Of a stretch of 33,355 nt of DNA, positions 1-6,800 are shown one piece after another. The DNA lies in NCBI GenBank assembly GCA_018664365.1, contig JABJOK010000103.1:1-33355 (forward strand), read 5' to 3'. Every line of letters starts with the position of its first letter. The first letter of the stretch is position 1. The notes below the pieces were generated by a model, which did not search any database, was not told the DNA's origin, and worked only from the letters and a program-made list of their open reading frames with translations. The translations under genes were made by a program, and so were the position numbers. The DNA comes from Candidatus Peregrinibacteria bacterium (GTDB lineage: Bacteria > Patescibacteriota > Gracilibacteria > UBA1369 > LOWO2-01-FULL-3).

Positions 1-3000
1 CCTCCTTTCGCACTACAGCATCCCCAACCAGCTCCGCCAGAACCAAGAGTTGAAATATTCGTAATATCAATATCTGAAATACCGCCAGCGTCTTCTTCAT
101 CATCCGTACCCCCATGTCCTCCATGTCCTCCTCCAGCACCACTAGCGTAGGTGCCATAGACACCCCCACCATCACCATATCCATCTTCATAACGCCCACC
201 ACCTTCATGTCCTCGTCCATCAACATCCACAGAACCATTCGCGGTAATATTTATATCTGTAGAGCTAACATTCACAACATGAGCCCCATTGTCTTCGGTG
301 TTCTCCCCGTGCGTTAACATCCCATAAGCATTTATATTCAAAGTAGCAATACTAAAGGCACTTGAAGAAGTATAATCATACAGTTCCAAAGTTCCCTTAA
401 TACTACCATTGGTTCCATTAAGAGTAAGAGTAGTAGCATTATTTAAAGTAGCAGTATCATAAAATTCCAATTCGGTATCATCAATTATCAAAGTTGCATT
501 GGGAGTAAGGACCCCTCCTGCCTCTATACTAAGAGTTCCTGTTCCATCCCCACTAAAGAAAGGGGCATTATCACTATCATCCAAAACTAATGTCTTCCCA
601 GAAGGAACAACGTATTTATTATCACCAACAATTTTAATCCTAGCAGCAGTGACAGAAGAAGGATACTGAGTTGAAGTACCCCCAGTATTAGAACCATTAT
701 CAACACATATATCGCCAGAATCCCCATCAGTATCTACTATATATATAGGACCAGCACCTCCATCAGCATAACCAGCTCCCCCCAAAGCACTGATACTGGA
801 ACAGCTTATATTTGCTGTCAAAGTAGTAGTGTACTCAACAGAAACAGCACCACCGCCACCAGCACCAGCTCCATGGCCAACACTAGCAAGTCCTCCATCA
901 GCACTAATTGAAGCAGTTGCATCACCTGTGATGGAATCAGCTACCAATTTCACTCCACCACCAGCTCCACCTCCTGCATAGTCAGTCCCAGCATCACCAT
1001 CTGCAGTAATAGTCCCATCAATATCTAAAGTCCCACTTGCAGTCAATATTACAAGCCCTCCGCCATCTCCACCATTCCCACTCAAAGCACTTCCACGACC
1101 TCCCCCACCAGATCCAAAAGTAGCAATGTTTGCAATATCAACATCAGCAGCAGTACCGGCATCACCATCTGTGTCATTTCCACCATCACCACCATGCCCA
1201 GCACCAGTTCCAGATGCATAGCCACCATAGACACCAGCAGCAGGCCCAAATCCATCTGTTGTCTGAATCTTACTTCCCTGATGACCACGTCCATCAACAT
1301 CTACTTCAGCGTCAGCATTAATATTAATAGTAGTTGCACTAACGTTAACAGCATGTTCACCATTCCCCTCAGTGTTCTCCCCATGCGTTAACATCGAATA
1401 AGCGTTCAAATTCAAAGTAGCAATACTGAATGCCAAAGATGATGTGAAATATCTCAAATCAAGATATCCCATCTCCCCAGCATCAGTTCCAGTAATGTTC
1501 AAAGTACTAACTCCACTTAGAGTTCCTGTCTGATGCATTTCCAAAATAGCATCCTGAATAGTCAAAGTTGCATTAGCATATAACGTACCTTCAGTAACAC
1601 GAATTATCCCAGTACCATCACCATTTTCGACAGGACTGTTGTCAGGGTCATTAAGAGTCAAGCTGCCTCCACTCGGGATTGTGTATTCAGCATTGTTTTG
1701 TAAGTCTATATTTTTCGCAGTGACACTAGCAGCCGCCTGAGTAGAGGTAGCACCATCTCTGGCTCCATTATCAGAATACAAAGAGGCAGAATCTCCACTA
1801 TCAGTATCATAGATAGCAACTATCCCTGCACCACCATCTTCAGCAGATCCTCCCTTAGCGCCACCGTAATGATCAATATCTGAAGACGCAATCGAATTAG
1901 ATGTAGTGAACTCTATATAAACTCCACCACCGCCTCCTCCTCCGGCTCCATAGCTACCACCATTACCTCCAATAACACTAAAATCATCAACAGCATCGGT
2001 ATTCGTAATTATGTCTGCAACCAGCTTAATACCGCCTCCAGCTCCACCCCCTCCAGTCTCTATCCCAGAAGTTCCATCTGCAGTGATAGTTCCACTGATA
2101 TCAATAGTTCCAGTAGCCTGCAAAATAACTAATCCGCCACCATCGCCACCAGCCAAACTACAGCAACCACCACCACCACCTCCAGAACCAAGAGTAGAGG
2201 GATCATAAATGCTCATATAACCAACTCCGCCAGCATCGCCCTCCACATCCATTCCTCCATTACCATGGTGCCCGCCACCACTACCATCCGCATAAGTTGC
2301 AAAAAATCCACCCCCAGTACCATTACCATCCTGAGAATGTCCCCCTCCTTCGTGTCCAAGTCCATCAACGTCCACAGCTCCACCATCTTCAATTGTTATA
2401 TTTGCAGCCGAGAAATCAACCTCATAGAGCTGAGAGTCTCCATCCACATAAGCATGATCCCCATGCGTCAAAGTTCCTCCACTCTCAACCGTCAAAGTGC
2501 CAGTGAGAGTTTGAGTATCATCATTGTTCTGAGTCAATGTCCCCCCACTAGCAATAGTAATATTATCAACTGCATTAATAGTATAATCTCCAATCGTCAC
2601 AGCATGACTTATACTTACGTCCTCTCCCGCCTGAGGAACCGTTCCCCCGCAATTGTCCCAGGTGCCAGCCGTATTCCAATCGCCCTCAGACCCAGAAGAG
2701 GTACAACTATCAGGAGCCAAAAAAGTACCATCATCACCGTGGTCATAATCAGAAATACCACCAGTAACCGTAGCCGAAGAAATACTATTAGAAGTAACAT
2801 ATCCGAGATAAATACATCCTCCTCCTCCTCCCCCCCAGTAAGACGTAGGATAACCAACAGCTTCACCGCCCACTGCAGTAAAACTTGATGGTGTACCAGC
2901 TATAGTATTAGCTGTAATTTTAACACCACCACCAGCACCACCACCAGAACTAGCACCACCCCACCCACCATCAGCCGTAATCTCACCATTAATAGTGGCT

Positions 3001-3779
3001 GTGCCTGACACCTCTATCATGACTATACCGCCACCGGCACCACCATTACCATGACCACCACCAGAACCCATTGTAGCTGGGTTCGTTGAACTACAATAAG
3101 CTATACCACCCAGAGAACCTGCCTGATTACCATTACCACCATTACCGCCATGACCACCACCACCAGCATTACCAATAACATATGTACCAGGGGCTGGCCC
3201 CTCACCCTTGTCATAACCCAAGTCATCAACATCAATAGTTCCTCCAGCATCAACCGTAAACGTCGCTACCGAGAAATCAACTTCATAAGCTTGCGTAGTG
3301 CTATTATTACCATGTTTCAAAGTCCCTCCATCTAGAATCCATAACTCCCCCCAAAGTGTTTGCTGGACATTATTCATCTGATACACGGTAGAAGCAGCAT
3401 CAAGCCGAAGATTTGTCCCTGTTCCAATATTTCCATATAAATATAGTCTCGCAGTATTCCCCATTAAGGCACCACCAATAGTCAAAGTATCAAAATCTGC
3501 AATCTGACCACCAGCCACTTGCACAGTATAACTCGTAGTAGGACTACCAATATAGACAGCATCCCATTGAGTAGGCACAACATCCCCTGACCAGTTGTTA
3601 GCACTGTTCCAAAGCCCATCACCCGCTCCACCATCCCACGTAATAAGAGCCGCATACGCCACAGGACTGGTCATAAGAACATACGGCCCCACACAAGCAA
3701 ATACGAGCGCTAAAACACCTCCAAGTAGAATTTTTTTTAAACCATTCATAGGTATGGCTAATTTCTCGAAATTTTTCAT
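1..3779 (-). CDS. Giant secreted glycine-rich modular repeat protein. Partial: the 3' end runs off the left window edge. At least 1259 codons.
   Basis: This ORF is absent from the supplied track because no stop codon lies inside the window. Hand translation of the reverse complement from ATG 3779 (second in-frame ATG at 3749) met no stop. I verified this codon by codon for 1-362, 1440-1559, 2220-2342 and 3300-3362. The N-terminus MKNFEKLAIPMNGLKKILLGGVLALVFACVGPYVLMTSPVAYA/AL is signal-peptide-like and parallels that of the neighbouring giant gene. The body repeats motifs such as L(T/K)HG(E/D/N)N, YEVDFS, VDVDG(R/L)GH.GG, GGGHGGNGG, GSGGGG and GGGAGGG(V/I)K. The plus-strand ORFs in this region are antisense shadows (GGN codons read as Pro/Thr/Ser). 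Confidence 0.8.
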   Translation of the reverse strand, partial: MKNFEKLAIPMNGLKKILLGGVLALVFACVGPYVLMTSPVAYAALITWDGGAGDGLWNSANNWSGDVVPTQWDAVYIGSPTTSYTVQVAGGQIADFDTLTIGGALMGNTARLYLYGNIGTGTNLRLDAASTVYQMNNVQQTLWGELWILDGGTLKHGNNSTTQAYEVDFSVATFTVDAGGTIDVDDLGYDKGEGPAPGTYVIGNAGGGGHGGNGGNGNQAGSLGGIAYCSSTNPATMGSGGGHGNGGAGGGIVMIEVSGTATINGEITADGGWGGASSGGGAGGGVKITANTIAGTPSSFTAVGGEAVGYPTSYWGGGGGGCIYLGYVTSNSISSATVTGGISDYDHGDDGTFLAPDSCTSSGSEGDWNTAGTWDNCGGTVPQAGEDVSISHAVTIGDYTINAVDNITIASGGTLTQNNDDTQTLTGTLTVESGGTLTHGDHAYVDGDSQLYEVDFSAANITIEDGGAVDVDGLGHEGGGHSQDGNGTGGGFFATYADGSGGGHHGNGGMDVEGDAGGVGYMSIYDPSTLGSGGGGGGCCSLAGGDGGGLVILQATGTIDISGTITADGTSGIETGGGGAGGGIKLVADIITNTDAVDDFSVIGGNGGSYGAGGGGGGGVYIEFTTSNSIASSDIDHYGGAKGGSAEDGGAGIVAIYDTDSGDSASLYSDNGARDGATSTQAAASVTAKNIDLQNNAEYTIPSGGSLTLNDPDNSPVENGDGTGIIRVTEGTLYANATLTIQDAILEMHQTGTLSGVSTLNITGTDAGEMGYLDLRYFTSSLAFSIATLNLNAYSMLTHGENTEGNGEHAVNVSATTININADAEVDVDGRGHQGSKIQTTDGFGPAAGVYGGYASGTGAGHGGDGGNDTDGDAGTAADVDIANIATFGSGGGGRGSALSGNGGDGGGLVILTASGTLDIDGTITADGDAGTDYAGGGAGGGVKLVADSITGDATASISADGGLASVGHGAGAGGGGAVSVEYTTTLTANISCSSISALGGAGYADGGAGPIYIVDTDGDSGDICVDNGSNTGGTSTQYPSSVTAARIKIVGDNKYVVPSGKTLVLDDSDNAPFFSGDGTGTLSIEAGGVLTPNATLIIDDTELEFYDTATLNNATTLTLNGTNGSIKGTLELYDYTSSSAFSIATLNINAYGMLTHGENTEDNGAHVVNVSSTDINITANGSVDVDGRGHEGGGRYEDGYGDGGGVYGTYASGAGGGHGGHGGTDDEEDAGGISDIDITNISTLGSGGAGWGCCSAKG
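311..3320 (-). repeat. Four coding modules of the glycine-rich protein, roughly 283-360 aa each
   Basis: The landmark string catgcgttaacat / catgcgtcaaag / catgtttcaaag (encoding L-T/K-H-G on the minus strand) recurs at ~311, ~1385, ~2465 and ~3311. The offsets are 1074, 1080 and 849 nt, and all are multiples of 3. Flanking nucleotide similarity is visible, for example 301-385 versus 1374-1460. Confidence 0.7.
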
Positions 3780-3826
3780 TTTAAAAATACCAGAAAAGCG
3801 CACAAAAGAACATTCTGCAGCAAGCT
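3722..3826 (-). repeat. Copy A of a ~104-nt conserved 5' cassette (upstream region plus first ~19 codons) shared by the two giant genes
   Basis: An ungapped alignment by eye with 9717-9820 shows about 9 mismatches in ~104 nt. Similarity stops abruptly on both sides. Confidence 0.85.
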
Positions 3827-3849
3827 TTTAGACAATAACTAATATGAAT

Positions 3850-6800
3850 TTATTTCCTTATTTTTACCGTCCTCGCACTACCCACAACACTCTCTCTTTC
3901 ATCCATCACATAGGCAGTGAGGTCATGCTCCCCTACTGCTAACCTTTTTGGAATATCAATATTGAACTCCCCCTGCGAAGCGTCAGAGATCACTACAGAA
4001 GAAATAACAAGGCTCTTGAACGATACATAAACAGTAGAGCCAGGAGCAGCACGTCCTTTGATAGTATTCGAACCTGGAGTGCGGATTGCAATAAACTCTT
4101 CCTTGTCAAAATCATCAACTATTAGCTCAACATTCTCAAGCAACATAGCAATAAAGACTAACAATTTATCATTCTCAGAAAACTTCAAATACTCAATATT
4201 AGTAGAGCTATCATTCTTAACTTCAAACACATCAATAGACTCAACTTCTTCATTTTCATCATCAGTAACTACAATAAAGTATTCACCATCCTCCAAACCT
4301 TGCCATGAAAGAATCTCGCCCTTTCCATCATCACCTATAACGGTTTCTCCCAAGAAAGTTTTAGATGAGCTGTCATTAATTGGAGCAACATAAATACTAA
4401 CCTTATCATCTGGCTCTCCAGCAAGCCTGAACACCGGAGTATTTCCATAAGAGACAGCATCCAAGTTTGTAATCTTTGCAGAATATTTTAAATATACAGT
4501 TTCTTCATCGTTCTCGTCCTCTGGAAGCTCTTCTTCAAAAACTTCATCAGCAACTAAAGGGTCAGTTCCAAAGAATATCTCGTCAGCATTTGTTCGACCA
4601 TCTTCATCGGGATCAGGATTAAACAACGGAAGTCCATGAGAAATCTGCCACATATCATTGATGGTGTCTTCGTCAGAAGGCTTGCAGCGTTTTTCTGTGC
4701 ATCCATCTAAATTTGTATTTTCATTAATGATAATAACGGTTTTTCCTGCCTCATCAGCAGCAGTTTTCTTTTCCTCATACTTCTCGTCAGTTTGAATGAT
4801 AATCTCAACCTCTTCGATGTCGCTAATCTCTAAAATTTCATCACCTTGCAAGACTTTAATATGCTTCTTACCTTTAGTAACCTGTTCTAAAAATTCTTTG
4901 CTAAGACCAGTTTTGAAATGTTTTTCGAGATATTTTATCTCCAGTTTTTCAGATACATCCTCGTATTTTTGTTCAGCCAATGCCATTCTTGTATCTTGAA
5001 GAACCTCGAGATATTTTAGGAAAAACTTCACCTTTTCCTCCTGGGGCATATCTACAGAAAAGTCAGGATTGTTTTTTTCAAGCTCTCTATCAAGATATTC
5101 ATCCATAGCACTCACAATTTCTTCTTGAAACTCTTCCTCAGGTTCTTCTTCAGCATCTTCGACAATCTCTGGATCAATAATAACTGGCTCTCCATATGGA
5201 AGGTCGTTTATTTGATCCAAGGCATTTTGAAGAATATCTTCTTCATTTTCTGAGACCTCTTCTTCATCAACATCAACAACGTCGTCAAGATCTTCCTCTT
5301 CTTCTTCCTCATTTTCGTCATCGTCATCGTCTACTGCCGGAGGAGTAACTGGAGGACCTATAGATCCACCAGAAGAAATAATTGCCGGCGGCGCATCAGC
5401 AGTCACAGCACCAATAGTAGCAGAGTCGGTGGTGTTGCCAGAGGCATCTCTAACAGTAATTTTAAAGATATGTGGACTACTAGATGTAAGGCCAGTTGAT
5501 GTCCAGGTAGTAACTGCTTGCCATCCAGAATCAGTCCCTTTTGTTAAGTTTGTAAATTTATAAGGAGTTACATGCATTCCCGAATCTCCATCAGTTGGAG
5601 TTCCATCAATAGAAAGTCCAACGCTAGAAGTAGTAGTTCCTGTTGAAGACAATATAACGGCAGAAATATCAGGATCAGTAGTGTCTAATTGAAAAGCAAC
5701 ACTTCCGCTATTTGCAATAACCTCAGAAGAGGTTAAGCCGTGGTTTTCCACCGCCTGAACTTTCCAGTAATAATCTCCAGCAGCCAAGGTTTGAGATTCC
5801 GCTCCTATAGTATAGGCGCCACCAGTATCGGCAGCCTGCCCTACGGTAAAGCCCTGTGTAGTCCCAGAAACGATGTCATTAGCTCCATAAGTATAGTGAA
5901 CAACAGGGCTAGAAAAATCATCGTCATCATCAACATAAATAATATATCCCAAGCTGTCTCCATCTGGATCAGTAAGAGTGAAATTCAGAGTAGGAGTTGT
6001 ATCCCCAGTCCATTCACCCATGGTTAAAGCCGCCTCAGTCAAATCTTCCTGAGTTGCAGTTTGCGAAAGAGATGGTGGATTTGCAGGTTGCTGAGAAAAT
6101 TTAAAAGTATATTTTGTCTCCCATCCACTAATGTTACCAGCGGTGTCTCTTGTATTGATACGAAGATAATAAGGAGTGTTTGGAAGGGGAGCAGCAGCGG
6201 CATCATATGCAGGGGAAGAAACAGTTGCAGTAGGCGTAGTTGATGCAATCTCAGTTCCCCAATAAACATCATATTCATCTACTCCAGAACCACCAACATC
6301 AGTTCCAGAGGTCCAGACAAAATCCGGATCAGCAATTGTTGCCCAAGTATCGTCGAGCGACCCATTACTGTCAGTTACAGTTCCCGCATTTATAGGATCA
6401 ACAGAGTCGTAATAAAAGTTCACAGAACCAGTTAAACCATTGTTGGATGCATTATCTGTAGCAAAAACTTCAAACAGCTTTGTTCCATCAGCATCCGAGC
6501 TTAAGGTTACGTCCAAAGTGGTGTCATCCGGTGTAGTAGTTGAAGCAGTCCCCGCATCGGTTTCATAAGTATAATTTGCAATTCCAGAGCCTCCAACATC
6601 TCCTGGATCACTCCAAGAAAACTCGAATGAATTAGAATTAGTCCAAGAAGTTGGTGAAGAAGAAGGAGCCGGAGTATTTGGAGCGTCTTCATCAAACTTA
6701 TGTGTAAAAATAGTAGCCCAACAATCAGAATCAGCAGGGCGATCTACATTGGTGTTTGTACAAGTATCGCTTCCCCCATCAGGGTCAGCCCAGTTACCTG

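Noticed and set aside
1-3779. The idea that the lack of a long ORF here reflects an alternative genetic code (UGA recoding, as in some candidate phyla)
   Set aside because: The minus-strand frame is open under the standard code, and the ORF was omitted only because it is truncated by the window edge. All conserved genes in the window read through with the standard code, and an intact RF2 is encoded.
114-3831. Plus-strand ORFs in the track: 114-317, 1130-1321, 1194-1391, 2011-2208 (PPPAPPPP...), 2265-2888 (207 aa), 2297-2506, 3150-3335 and 3595-3831. The minus-frame ORFs 1082-1300 and 2615-2866 belong here too.
   Set aside because: All lie inside the long minus-strand glycine-rich ORF. Their Pro/Ser/Thr/His-rich, low-complexity translations are what antisense or off-frame readings of GGN/GCN/ACN-rich coding sequence produce. 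None has start context or motifs.
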